A DNA stretch of 64,000 nucleotides, taken from contig CP154954.1 of assembly GCA_039621445.1 (NCBI GenBank), positions 47,781,847 through 47,845,846 on the forward strand, given 5' to 3'. The notes under the pieces were generated by a model. It had not been told where the DNA came from. It ran no database searches and saw only the letters and a program-made list of their open reading frames with translations. Below, in pieces: positions 24,201 through 37,610 of this stretch. This DNA is from Euglena gracilis. Its lineage: Eukaryota. Position numbers and translations under genes: made by a program. Numbering within the stretch: position 1 is the first letter of the stretch; each line of letters opens with the position of its first letter.

Positions 24201-25933
24201 CAACCCCTTCACCACTGGCCAGGGGGAAAATTACCGCCTCCTCACTGGAGAGGAGGGTGTCCACCTCCTGCTCAAATGCCAGGCGGGTTTCCGCCTGCTC
24301 GGGTGCTTGCTGTCCCGCGCAGCAGCCACAACTCCCTTTCAACCTGTCGTGTTTCAAACATTGTGCCGCGGACACCGACCACCGACACCGACACCTCGGG
24401 ACACCAAAATATCACAGACACAACCCATCAGGACAGCTAGAAGCTCCAGGCAGGTTTCCGCCCAAACCACATCTGGGTGGAAACCCGCGCAAAGTAAAAG
24501 CGGAGTAGGCGGATAACCGCCACTGCTACCATTCAATAACGCCTCAAAGCCCTCCTCCCTCTCCCCCAAACTTGTTCATTAACAACTTCAGGTGCTGACC
24601 GAGTTCTGGAGGTCTCAGCGCGTTCCCACTTCCCGCTCCCCCGTGTCATCCACAAACACAAACTCTTCTCATTCTCAAACACTTCTGCGCGGGTTTCTGC
24701 CTGAAAGATCCCCAGCTCACCCACATCATTCAATGCCGTGTGTGCTGCATCCCCACCCCACACAAACACCATCCACCAAACAAAATAAAAATCCAACACA
24801 ACATGCCAACCCATTCTTGGCAGCTGTGCTTGAAGCTTTCTAACGTTTCATCCATTCATGTGCGCGGAGATCCGCCTGCAAACGGTCTTACAAAAACTTC
24901 CAAAAAAAGGCGTGTTCTGTTTCCGCACCGCCTCAAACAAATTTTTTGAGTATCCCTCAGCAGAGGTTGACAGGTGGGAAAAAATGTTCAGTTTTGCGTG
25001 GCCCAGGTGTGTCATCAGCAGGGAACTTGTGCGCTGACAAATTAAAGACACCACACACTCAAACCGCATCCCATTTCAGTTCATCTTTGCCCCAAGCTTC
25101 TCAAAGTTCTTGAACTTGTGATGGCCAGAATGGTGTTGAAGCCTTTCCCAACATCTCTGTTCCGGATTGCAGCACAGGCAACCACGCCCCCCTCCCTCCC
25201 GTGCCTTCCTGCTCCAACTGTCATCCCGCACTGCCAAATGATACGGTGTGGTGCACATCCCAGGAGGAGGGGGATGCTGGGGAGCTTGTAAACCAAACAC
25301 GACACCCGGGACAAGCACACACAGCACACACCTCGTTGCGGAATCATCACTGCTTTACGTGGTAAACCGCCTAACCTCATTTTTAATGTTATTCCCAGTC
25401 CGATCCCCTCCGTAAGGGCAGCATCCCTCTTTCATTAAAACAAAATTTGCGCGGTTTATTGCCTAACACCTCTCTTCCAGAAATTATAGCATCTTTTGGG
25501 CAGTGCTGTCCGTTCACCAATCACTGGACCTCGGGACTCACGAGATGTTCAAAAATGGGCGGGTTGCTTAGGCGGCTGCCTGTTCTTCACCTGCAACACC
25601 GTGCCACCCCCCTCCAGAGGGGGGGTCCGGTAGCATGGCCAAACAACCGGGGCTCCAGAGGCTAGGTGTTCTCCCGCTGTTTTCTGTATTTCAAAATTTC
25701 AGGGCGTTCCAGGGGGGTGTTTTCCAAACCCCCCCCTAAATCGACCATAAATTTTCAAAATCGCCACTTTGTCAAAATGCCCAGAATGGGCCCAAAACGA
25801 CCCAAATTTTCGTACTGGTGTCATCCCCTCAAAATTTTGAGCACAAATCAATGGGTTTTGTAAACGGAAAACCGCGCACCCCAAAAGCACAAAAAATAAA
25901 TAAAAAATTGGGCAATAAGCGCCGCCTAAGATA
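21221..25933. mobile_element. Large decayed TIR element with dispersed GCGG(A/T)T(A/T)ACCGCC palindromic motifs
   Basis: CTTAGGCGGCGCTAATTGCCCAA at the left end and TTGGGCAATAAGCGCCGCCTAAG at the right end. No clean TSD found. Hosts the 22220-23682 element. Confidence 0.65.
22220..23682. mobile_element. MITE family D (CAAGCACC ends)
   Basis: TIR CAAGCACCTCTG...CAGAGGTGCTTG; perfect TSD AGAACGAC. Subterminal CCAGCATCGC repeats and an internal 18-bp TGCATCTTGTCCAGYATC minisatellite. Confidence 0.93.
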
Positions 25934-27052
25934 GAGGGGGGGGGAGACGACGCGCAGTCGGCCTCAGGGAAGGGGGGGGGGAGGGAGGGAGAGAGGAAGG
26001 GAGAGAAGGGTAAGCACAGCACAAAGAAAGTCAACATCAGCGCTTTGCTTGGGAGCGGTCAGCCAACAAAGCGTCAGGACGAGTCGTGTGGCACAGCATC
26101 AGGGGGTCGCTGGCATTAGGCCCCCGGGCTGTCTGAACTTTCCTTGCGTGATGGGGTTTGTACTGAATGAAATAATTTGCTGTTTTTGAAAAAAAATGTT
26201 CAGGTCATTGGACCATGACAAGTGAATTTTCAGCCTGTTTCGTCCAAAATGGCCGCTTTGGCAAAATCATCGCCTACTTGCATTCATTCTCTTCACAAAG
26301 AGTAATTGTTGACGGACCTGGCTATGATCAAGGCGCAGCCAGAGACAAACCACTATCGGTTTCTCGGTCATCCTCACCATGACTGCACATTCTGAAGGTT
26401 CCTGGTGTTTGGTTTATTTCTGGAAAATACCTTGATGGGTTGGACGTGGGAGATCCCCAAACATACCAACGCTCTGCTTGAACCCAATTAGCACCGATGG
26501 GAGATGGGCAGGTCCAGCACTGGCCCATCCCAGGACGGGTTGCATGGCAAAGGCTTGGTGCGCGGGAGGGTCGATCTCCCTCCTGCGCAAATTTGGAACC
26601 AAATGAAAACTGTGAACTAAAAACTGGCACTTCTGGAAAACGGGAAGAGGTGGCGGGGGGATCAGATCCACACCAGGGCGTTGCTTGAGGATCCCCCCGG
26701 GGGGGGTCCAGCTCAGAGGCTGGAAAATTTGGGCTGGTTGGGAAAAGGTTGCTGGCTGACCCCCCCCCCCCCGGGCTCCCGGGTCGGAGCGGAACGTGAC
26801 CCGCGTCAAACCAGGTACCAAGAACTCAAACTGCAAAAATGTCCCAAAAACTGCCAATGCAAAAATAATCGATGTTTTGACCCCAACTTTGTCCTGGCCA
26901 GCCCCTTTCCAATCCATTTTCGCCCATTTTTGACCCGTTTTTTTTTTACCATTTTTGACCTCCGAAAGCAAAAAATGTGCGTTACCGTCTTTGGTCTTTG
27001 GGCGGCTGGAAATAAATACACTTGATGGAAGGGAGGGGTTCGCTGGCTGGAC

Positions 27053-27292
27053 CATGCTTGTGCTTACCGACGGGGGGGGGTGCTATAGGGTGCCTGCCCC
27101 TAGCAGGCACACCCTCCCCGGGGGGGGGTAGGCACACACCCCCCTGCGGGGGGGGGACCCAGAAAATTTTCATTGAAAATGGCCTTTTCCGGGCCCCCGG
27201 CGCCTTCGACGCCGGGGTCGGATCGGGTGCTATGGGGTGCCTGCCCCTAGCACCCCCCCCCCCCGTGGGGCACCCGACTAAGCACAAGCCTG
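27053..27292. mobile_element. MITE (CATGCTTGTGCTTA...TAAGCACAAGCCTG)
   Basis: Imperfect 14-bp TIR; perfect TSD GGCTGGAC. Confidence 0.85.
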
Positions 27293-30053
27293 GGCTGGAC
27301 CCCACCGAGGGGGGGGGGATTTTCTCAAGCAACGCCCTGCCCCCCACCAGGATGGGAATGGGGGGAGGATTGCATGGGGGTTGGCCACGTGGTGTAGCTG
27401 GCCGCGGCCACTGCAATACCACCACCAGCAGTTGCGCCGCGCTACGTCCCTTTAATTTTTTCTCATGCAAGCAAATCAAGTTGGTTCCACGTCCCCACTA
27501 TCTTGGCTGGTGCTCAGCGAACCCAGCCCTGCCAGGGTTAATGCGTACGGGGATCAGAGCAAGGTGCCAAAAGTGCCGAGAGAGGATCCTTTTGCTGAAA
27601 ATCGGCAGGGAGTTTATTCTTTGGGCCTCTTATGGGGTGGTTAACCCCAATTCATCATGAAAATATGCTGACGCGTTGCTGTGGGTCCTATCCTTTGAGA
27701 AAACTCACTGGGGGCATTCGTGTGTAGTCGCGGCCAGCCGCAGCTGCGCGCCACTTCCATGGAAACCCTCCTGGGGGTGGGGGGCGTCACCCACCACCAA
27801 TACCTACCCCCCCCCCCCGGGAAACTGTCACCTGACAGGTTGGCCGGTACCGGGGACCCTGACAGTTTCCCGGGTGGGACCCTGACAGGTTCTCGGGCAT
27901 GACAGTTTCCCAGGGGGGGGGGTAGGTAGGGTTCCTGATTCCCGTTCAGGTGGTCGGCCCGGCCACCTTGCACGTTTCGTTTGGATTGATTTGACTGGAT
28001 TCGAGATCGCATTTGGAGTAGGTGAATGGCATGGTCCTGTCTCGAGCAAGAAAGCCTCAGCCCAAGCAGTCAGTTTTGGGACCTGGTGCCAGCCGACCAA
28101 ACCAATATTCCCTTGATAACGGCCCTTTCAGACCCTGGCACCCAGGGCACCGGGGGTGTGCTCTTGCTCAACCCACCACAAACCCAACCCTCCCCCGGGG
28201 ACGAAAATGCCCAATCCCCTGCCTGGGGGTGCGAAACTCCTTAAAAAAGAGCCTGGCAAATGACGGAAGCCTGCGTTGAGGCAGCCCCTGGTTGACACAT
28301 AATGCAACGGGCGATTACTTTGGAGGGGTCAGGGGGTCTTTGACAGGGAGCAACAACCTGGAAAATTGCGGCTAATCATGACAGGTGGTACCTCGTTGCT
28401 TTAGTATATGACCTCCCTGACTTTTTTTGAGCCCTGGGCTATTGTAGTCAACCCCCCACCCCTCACCCCCAGTTTCACCCCAGGCCTCTGCGGCCAATGT
28501 TGAAGGGGTTTGGCTCAATACTACAAATGCCGATATTTTTCTGCACCCCCCCCCCCAAATTGTGGCTTAAATTTACGTCAAAGATGCAAACAAATGCTTC
28601 AATCGATGGCATGGACAGAAACCACTGCCGGTGCTGCAACCACGCATCCTGCGACATATTGTGAACAAGACGGCGTTTCCTGTATTGGGCCAAAATTTTT
28701 TGGAGAAATTGCCCAAGATGGGATTCAGAGTTGGTCCGGGGGGGGGGTTGGGCTGGCTGGCTGGGTTGGGGCCTCGCACCGACTTAGGCAGTCAAAAAGA
28801 AAGCCCCCCCCCCCCCGCCTGGTGTGTGTGGTGTGGCAGTGGCGGCCCCCTGGCCTGCTCTATGCCAACAGGGGAAGTGTGCTGTCGGTGGGCCCTGGCA
28901 GGGTTTGGCGGGAGGGTGCCTGGTGCGGAAGGGGGGATGAGGCGTTGGACGAGACGTCTTCCTCCCAGGGGTTGATGGAGGGCCAGGTGGGAGGGCTTCC
29001 GGACCCCCCCCCCTCGAGGAGGGGTCGACACCAACCCACCGAGGTAGGGCGAGGGACGAGGGAGGGCCATCCACCTTTTGGGATTCATTGTGGGTTCCAA
29101 AAAAAATTCTTTCGATGCTGTGTGCAAAGCAAAAAAACATGTGTGTGGGGCCAATCAATCCATACTCCTTCGGGGGGATTGGCCATCCACCTGCCCATCT
29201 CCCCCAGGTCACCGATCATTGTAAAAATTGAAATCTCGAACTTCCCAATTGACTATGGATGACCAACACCAACCGATTTCACAAACCCACTGGGGCAGAA
29301 AGGCATTCCACATCGGCCCTTCCGCGTCGGTCGGACCAGGTACTGCCTGGAACCACCAGACGCATGCACCTTGACCCTCCGGCGGATGCCAAACCCTGGG
29401 CTCCGGGTCGCACACGCCGGGGACGGCAGTGGCGGGCCCCCCGCGCAAGACAACGGGGGACGGCGGCTGGGCCGGGAGGCTGGGGGCTCACCGGAAAAAA
29501 CCCATTCAGGGGGGGGGTGGGTTGCATTGTGGCCCAGCGGGGCCGGCTGGGGCCGAAACCGTCAGTGTTCCTTGGGGGGGGGGAGAAGGGTGGGACCACT
29601 GTTGAAGGGGGCAGGTTTGGGCAACAAATGGTGTTCAGTGCCGGGCGCCAAAACAGATAACACGGGAGTCACTCTGGGGTTCCTACGCGATTGCACCAGC
29701 CAGCAACACCATGACCGGGCCAGCTGAACAGCAGAACAGACTTTGGGTCTCCTTTGTTTGCAGAACAGGCCGAGCCCCAGAAGACCAGCAGCCAGACTGC
29801 CATTGGCACACACCCCACACAGGGTTTGGTCAGGACGAACGGTGCCGAACAGGCGTGCTGGGGGGGGGGGACGACGAGTCGGGGCGTGGCAGACTGTGGA
29901 GGCCCGGCGCTGGCTGGTGTGAAAGCAGCTGTGGCCCAAGGCGGGTGTGGGGAAGGGCAGTCGCGAAAGCAACCCCTCCTAAAAAGGCTGTGTATGTGTG
30001 CTTGTGTGCGTGCATATGTGCGCGTGCGTGCGTGCATGAGTGAGCGAGTGTGT

Positions 30054-30099
<46 letters not shown>

Positions 30100-33000
30100 A
30101 CTGTGTCTTGGATGGGAAAGCAACCACAGGGTTGCAAGGGTCGCTTGGGGTTTCCGGAGGCTGTTGGGGCCACCCTGGCACTGATGTGGGCCTGCTCATG
30201 TGCCCCTCCACCTGGACCAAATCAGCCACCGCCGAGCGCAGAGGTCGGGCATGCTTGGAGGCAGCTCAGCATCAAGCGATATCCGGAGCTGGCTCTTTCT
30301 CCACTCGTGGAAGTCACACCTCGGGGGGGGGTCAGCCTGTCTTATAAAGAGACTTCAGAGGCGCTCCTCCAAAGTTTGCCAGAAGCCTGCATGGCCCAAA
30401 CACGTAACCCCCCTGCAGAAAAACCCCCCATTACTATTATTATCGTTACTATTGCTATTACTCAGACGCTCGGATAATATCTTGGGGGGTATTATTTGGG
30501 GGGGGGGCGATTATTTAGATTTTTGCGTCGGAAAACGGGCCCCCTGCAGAAATGCCCTCAAAATGCCCATTTCCCCCAAAATCCCAAAATGACCTATTTT
30601 TTTCAGGACCCTCCTGTCAAGATGACTAGTTTTTTTTTTGCACAGAAAAACTTTCTTCAGAAAAAATGGCAGCTTTCTTGCGTCCTGACAGGTGGAAAAA
30701 AGGTCAGGACGTTCAAAACACCCATGGGGGGCTCTTGTTCGTATTTCTGATCCTATCTGGGATATTACTTGGGGGGGGGGGCTATTATTCGGGGGGGGGG
30801 TCAGCAGCAAAACGAGGCGGACAAGGGCCTTTCCTCGGCTTGCACACAGCAAAACATTGTGTCTCTCCTGAGCAACCCTTTCCAGAGCAAACCACACCCA
30901 CCGCATCAATGGCCAGCCGCACGCTGGTCAGAAAAGCCCAGTGTGGGGGGACAATGTGATGGTGAAGGGAAGGGAGGGGGTGAGGTGGCTGAGGTCAGCA
31001 GCATTTCAACGGCGAGGCCATGGGAATGTTCACAGCCACAGTACAGAGGACACCGGAAGGAGTGAAAAAGCATCAACTCCCACCAACCACGTGCATTCCA
31101 TACACCAACCCCTGGTTGGACATTGATTGGTTTGGTCGCCGAAGCAATCATACCGCTCGGCAATGATACCGATCACCCGCATCGTTGCACGGCGACACTG
31201 CACAATGGCACTACGGCTGAAATGCTGCAGTGCCATCGCCCCTGATTTTCAAGCTTGGAAGGAATGCAGATTTTCCACAAGAAAATTTGTTCCTCCTGCC
31301 TGGCCCAATTACCCCAGGTCCCTGCCGCATCTGACAGGGGGGGGGGGTCGTCATTTAGAGGCCTTGAAGGCGGTCTCCGGATGAATGGCTGCGGGGATAC
31401 TTGAGTGACCATGGGGCTGGGACAGCCCCATCAATCCCCTTCCCCAGACGGTTCACCACAAAGCAGGACGGCGCCAGCAGGGCACAGGGGAGGGCACGCA
31501 ATCGCGGGGGGCTGTGCGGGGCGTGTGTTGGTGAGGGGGTGGGGAGGTAAGCAAAAACAAAGCCTGCAAAACATGTGCAATAAAAATGATGCTGCGCAAA
31601 AAATAAAAATGGAAAACAGGCAATTGGAAGGTTCCCTCGAACTGTCGAATTGAAACAACCACGTTGCCATAACCCGAATGTGGCAAGGTGGTTTTTTTTG
31701 TATCAAGTCCATTGCCCATTGGGAAATCATTTTCTTTCAACAACAGGTGTCCCCCCCACCAGGCGCCTGATGAGGAGGCACCAATGGAAGAAAGAAAGAT
31801 TGAAGTGAGGCAACTGACACTGACGCGCCTTCGGTCCACACAGGCCCCCGAGGGAAGGACGAGAGCTGTACAGCAGGGGGCACCTTGAACCATTCGACGG
31901 GACACAGGAGGGCAAAGCGCTGCACATAGGGATTGCCTCTGTGTGTGCCTCGTGGAGGGCTGGGAAGGTTGGGCCGGCCCCCATCCAGTAAACCACAGCC
32001 CGAAACCTGCGGTGCCCTCCCACCAAGAGCTTCACCACCACCTCCCCGGCTCGGTTAGACCCCCCTCCCACACCTCCGGTCACCCCACCTCCAGATTCCC
32101 CACAGCGGTCACCTCGTGCTTGCCAGCGGTCGATTCCACCTGGTGGTGAGGGTCCTAAGGCTGGGCAGGGGCCAAGGTAGGGTGGGGCCGCTGAGCTCTT
32201 ATCCCTTCAGGGTAAGAGCGAAGCTTAGCCCTGGCGAACCCCCCCCCCCTCGACCCCCCTTAGTTGCACTAAGGATTCTTGTCTGTTTATGGCCGGCGCT
32301 AACTTCGATTCTGGCCCAGTTTGCTGTGTGGTGAGTGGCCAGGGACCCCTTACACCAGTGCTCTGTTGTTGCTCCCCCTGGCCGGGTGAGCAGCTCTGGT
32401 GTAATTCCAGCGCTGTAGGGACATACACTCACCTTGTGTGGTGGTGTGGTTCCCGTGGGTGGGTCTACACCCTTGCGCCCCAGTGCTGCTCTTGCCTCCT
32501 GCCCTCTTCCCACTTTTCTGTGTGGGGGATGCATGGCGCGGGCACAACGCCATGACTTCAAAATTCCAATGTGGCCTCACGGTCCTGCGGCTTAGGTAAA
32601 CCCGGGTCACCAAGTCTCGGCCTTAGGGCGGGTGGCGGGTGGGTAGTGTGCTGCTGGGTACCAGTAGTTCCTTACATACTGGTACCCGCGCTCCATGCCC
32701 TGTCTGGGGTTGGTTTGGGCGGTCCTCTGCCTCGCGGGTGGGTCCCTCTCTGATGGCTTTCCCTTTGGGGTTGGGTTGCTGGGGGGTGCGCTCCTACTAG
32801 GCCGGCGAGCCCGAAGGCCCCCCTGCCATATCCCCCTCGCCCCCCCGCCCCCCCCCCCCCCGGGTCGGGGCCACCAGGAGAACCGACGGATTATCACCAT
32901 GATCCCGGCCCGGTTCTCGGAATTTTTGTTTCAGTCGCAAGATGTCTAGTTTCCGAATCACCTGGGGTTGACCCCCAACTCCCCGCCAGGCCCGAGTTAT

Positions 33001-34779
33001 TCACGCGCGAAGGGGTCTAAACTGGGTAGGATCGGCCCGCCCCCCTTTTTAAGCCCCCCCCCCCTTGGACTCTGCCGGAGGCCTAAATTGAAGCCCTTGG
33101 AACGCCCTATCTACTGGTATTTTGGTTTTCCCGCAACGCCTCGCCGAGCCCGAGATATGGCCGTTTTGTACACTTTTCCCACTGTCCAACTTCGGCGTTT
33201 TCGGGGGGTGGGGGTCAAAAAATGAATGTTTTCAAAATTTCTCGAAAATGATGCAAAGTCAAAGGAAATGTCCGGAGACCTCATTTGAAGCCCTTGGAAT
33301 GCCCCATCTACCGGTATTTCGAATTCCCGCAACTCCCCGCCCAGCCCGAGGTGCGGCCGTTTTTTGGGCCAATTTGGGACATTTTGTACACTTTTTCCAC
33401 TGTCAGACTCAGCCGCTTTCGGCCAAAAAAGTCGAAAAAAATCGAAAAAAAATTGAATTTTTTTTGCCCAAAACCATGTGTTTTTTTGGCTTCCCGGACC
33501 CGGAAAAGGTGTTTTTTTTGAGCCGAAAATGAGCGTTTTTTGACCCGCCAGCGCCACGTTTTTAGCCCGAAACCCATTGACTTTGGGTGGAAAAAAAAAC
33601 CCGAGAGATGAAAATGCAGATGAAAACGGAGCCATTGCACTGAAGAAAAAGGGAACATCAAAAGAGGAAAAATAAATAGGTTTAACTTCAGTTATGTTTA
33701 TTTGTTTCAATTCATGTCGATCACAAGAAAATTTTGGCCTAATTCCTAAATATTCTGCTTTGATTCTTCTATTTCATTTTAATTATGATTTTAAGCTGAA
33801 TTTTGTTAGGGTTGGACAGGATCGAATCACCCTGATTAATTTCGAATCAAATTCATAAATAAAATGAATCAAAGATTCTGAAATAATTAAATAGGAAATA
33901 ATGCAGAAATTTGTTTGATGTCGACCTACGGAATATTTCTAAAAAAATTCTGGATCAAATTCCTATTTGAACCAGAATCACAGATTCTGGTTCTTTATTT
34001 ATGAGTTAAAGCCGACTTTTGGTTGAGGAAATCAGAATGTCGAACTGAAGAAAATTTCGGATCAAATTACTAACAAAAGAATCAGAACCTCAGATTTTGG
34101 ATTAAATAGGAAAATATACCACTGTACCAGTATTTGCTTATATAAATCTATAGTAAAAAAATCTAGATCAAATTCCTATTTCTTTGTCAGTTGTAGAATC
34201 TGAACAATAAATAGTGATCTGTTCTAGAATTTGCTTGTACGAATTCATACTCCGTTCTATAAGCAAATTCTACAACAAACAGCTAATTAATCCGTTTTAG
34301 AGTCTTTCCTAAACAAGAAATAGTCCGTAATACAAGAATTTGCTTATATAAATCTATAATCCGTTACAGTAGAAAATTCTACAACAAATTCATAAATAAT
34401 CCGTATTAGAAAGAAATAAACCAAATAAATAGGAATTTGAACCAGATTTTGATTAAGGTGAATCAGAATGTCGATCCCTAACAAATTTTGGATCAAACAA
34501 CTAATTAATCCCGTATTCCCAATTCCAGATTAAATAGGATTTTCAACCATAATTTTCTATATTCATAGATTTCCAAATCAATAACAAATATTTGGACTTT
34601 TATACTATGTTTTGTTATACCTACATTTAGTAAAAATAATTTTACAAATTCATTTGGATACATATCATGGTACCATACATAATTAAACCATTCATTTTTC
34701 ATTCAAACAATTCAACCTGAAAACCAAATAATTAAATATTTTAACATTATTATTCATTAATTTTTATAGGGGTATTCTG

Positions 34780-35300
34780 GACCACATACTTATATATGTT
34801 TAAATATTATTTATAAAATTAAACGCAACCTTCTTTATTACAATTTAATATTATTCTATCTATATAAATTTATAACCAAAAAACAATAATTATATCATAG
34901 TATCATTATAAACCGACCTCTTTCACAAGGATCTAAACCCAACTCATGTATAGTTTTAAAGGACGAACAATCCATAATCCAAATATTTCTCTACTATAAT
35001 TACATAATGTCATATTATATGTAAATAACATAGTAATACATACAAATCTTATAACCAGATTTTTTACAGAAGTTGGTATAGATATAATACTGGATCACCT
35101 ATAACATCATAAATTCTATTATATTATATATTAATACATATATTATAAGCACATATTTAAAAAATTATAAACCTCCTTTTGGAGGTTGAAAACCGAATAA
35201 ATAATAGATATATTTATTTATATCAGGAGATATATTACAGTCTGTTATCCCTAACGTTTCTTTTATACAATATATTCGTAAACTTAAAAACATAAATCAG
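34780..35300 (-). rRNA. rnl: Mitochondrial-type LSU rRNA 3' region (peptidyl-transferase domain V), NUMT copy
   Basis: Minus strand reads AAAAGAAACGTTAGGGATAACAGA (35241-35264) and GGATTGTTCGTCCTTTAAAACTATACATGAGTTGGGTTTAGATCCTTGTGAAAGAGGTCGGTTT (~34911-34973), matching the universal GGGATAACAG, A-loop and GAGYTGGGTTTAGA motifs. The ends are uncertain. Confidence 0.88.
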
Positions 35301-36076
35301 TATTCGTATTGTCATAATTCTACATATAATAAAGACAATATCTATATTATAATTATAATAATACTATGATATTAAAATATATATAGAAAGGAAGATATTG
35401 AATTTAAGGAAAATGGATAATAATATTTATATGTTAAATAATTGAGATAATAAACAATTAATTTTTTAAATAAATGATAATAAATAAAAAGGCATTATAT
35501 GATATAGTAGGAAATACTAAAAGATTACAATATTATTTTTATATACTAATATTTTATATTAAACATAAAGATTTAATATAACTAAAAAATCTGAATAAAT
35601 TTTATTTATCTAAATATTTTATATACGTACCTATTTATTTATATAAATTTATAATTTGATTAAATATCTATATTAAATATAAAGATCTTGAATAACTAAA
35701 AAATCAGATTTTATTTTTCAATATCATTGTATCATTCTATTTTTTTACATAAATTATTTATACACTAATATTTTATATATAATAATAGGATTTTCAATAA
35801 TCTTCATTTCAAAAATTGAAAAAAACATATATATTTTAGATTTTTGTTTCAGATTTTCGTAGGTCGAAAATCTGTATTATAAATCGTAAATTAATATTAT
35901 ATATTAGCGAGACGTGCTCTCGCTATTGAAAACCTAAGTAACAACCATTCAGGATACCCTCATCACTACCCCTAATTAACCTACATTTTGAAATTTTTAC
36001 TAGCAAATTCCCTAACATAATTAATATTTAATCAAAAATCAATAATTATTGGTAGTGATGTCATCCCAAACTTACG

Positions 36077-36226
36077 CAGGGGTTTTCTTAAGGACCCCCC
36101 GGGGGGGGGGGGTCCAGCCTCCGGCTGGCAAAAAGGCTGCTGGCTGGAAATGAGCTGCTGGCTGGACCCCCGGGGGGATAGGGGGGGGGGAGGGGGGGTC
36201 CGGGCTGGAGGGGGCTGGGCTGGGCT
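36077..36226. mobile_element. Truncated family A MITE (left end only) inside the NUMT
   Basis: CAGGGGTTTTCTTAAGGACCCC...GTCCAGCCTCCGGCTGGCAAAAAGGCTGCTGG matches the starts of the 1759 and 3569 copies. No right TIR. Confidence 0.88.
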
Positions 36227-37214
36227 TTTCTTGCATTAATCGTACCAGAAATATCTATAACAAATTGCTCTTTAGGGACCCCAGAATCTCAGATTCTGGA
36301 TCTGAAAAAAAAAATAGGAATTTGATCCGAAAATTGATTGATTTCTGCTTTCAGATTTTCTCAATCAAAATTCGGTTTATTTTTCTGTTTAATTGGTTTT
36401 CAACCAGAATCACAGATTAATTAATATTTTGTGCAGAATTTTGCTTGATTTCAGCTGAAAATCCTACTCAAGCATTTTTCTGCATTACATCCTATTTAAA
36501 AAAAATCAGAATCTTTGATTATGGTCTAATTAGTATTTTGATGAGAATTTTGTTAGGAGTGGACCTACGGAATCTTCCTAATTAATTTCTCAACAAATTA
36601 CTTTTTAAAATAGAATCAAAGAATCAGAGCAGAATATTTAGGCGTTTGATCCAGATTTTCCTAATACGATTGGACATAAACAAATTCTGGTATTATCGCC
36701 TATTTATTCTGCCTTATTTTCTTCAGTTGATGTTTATGTTCCCTCAATTGACTTTATTTTCCCTCAATTCCTCAAACATCAAATCCCCACGTCGTCAACA
36801 CGCTCCACATGTCCAAGGAAACACTCGAATTTTAATTTGTCAAAAAAAATGGACCAACAACAATTGACACGATCAAGTCATGAGTTGTGCGACGAAAAAA
36901 AAGGTAAATGACCCTTGCACGATGAAGTTAATGCAGAGAAAAAATCAAAACAAAATGAATCCAAACAAAATGAATCTGTTTGAACCCATGCCTCACAGAT
37001 CAAGCTCAAACCTCTCCGCAATTTTGCTCACCATTTCTTTTTGGCTTGTCGTGTTTTGGGGTGTGGGGGGGGCTGGTGAGGGGGGGTGTGGGGGGAATGT
37101 GGGGTGTGGGGGGTGTGGAGGGTGTGGGGGGTGTGGGGGGGTGTGGGGGGTGTGGGGGGGTGTGGGGGATGTGGGGTGCGGGGTGTCGGGGGTGTGGGGG
37201 TGGGGTTCAATTTG

Positions 37215-37610
37215 GGGTCAGAAAAGTCGAAAAAAATCGAAAAAGTTTTTTTTTGCCCAAAACCATGTTTTTTGGCCTCCCGGACCCGGAAAAAATGTTT
37301 TTGAGCCGAAAATGAGCGTTTTTTTGACACCCCCCCCCCCGGCCCCCCGTTCTGGGCCCGAATCCCATGGACTTTGGGTCAAAAACAGGTCAAAAAAGTC
37401 GAAAAAAGTCGAATTTTTTTTGCCCGAAACCGTGTTTTTTGGCCTCCCGGACCCGGAAAAAGTGTTTTTGAGCCGAAAATGAGCGTTTTTTCGACCCCCC
37501 GCCCCCTGTTTTGGGCCTGAAACCAATGGACTGTGGGTCATTTTCGGGTCAAAAAAGTCGAAAAAATGATCGTTTTTTTTGGGTCCCCTGGCCTCCCGTT
37601 TCGGGCACAA
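37215..37610. repeat. Tandem ~160-bp repeat, also present at ~33420-33600
   Basis: AAAAGTCGAAAAAAATCG...CCCGGACCCGGAAAA...GAGCCGAAAATGAGCG units on both sides of the NUMT. Confidence 0.8.

Larger units (their letters stand above)
33620..36790. other. Nuclear insertion of mitochondrial DNA (NUMT)
   Basis: Abrupt switch to very AT-rich sequence. Contains divergent LSU rRNA domain V motifs and short dispersed motifs in both orientations (GATCAAATTCCTATT ~33953 and ~34166; AATAGGAATTTGA ~34428 and ~36313; AATCAGAATGTCGA ~34030 and ~34461). Boundaries are approximate. Confidence 0.85.
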
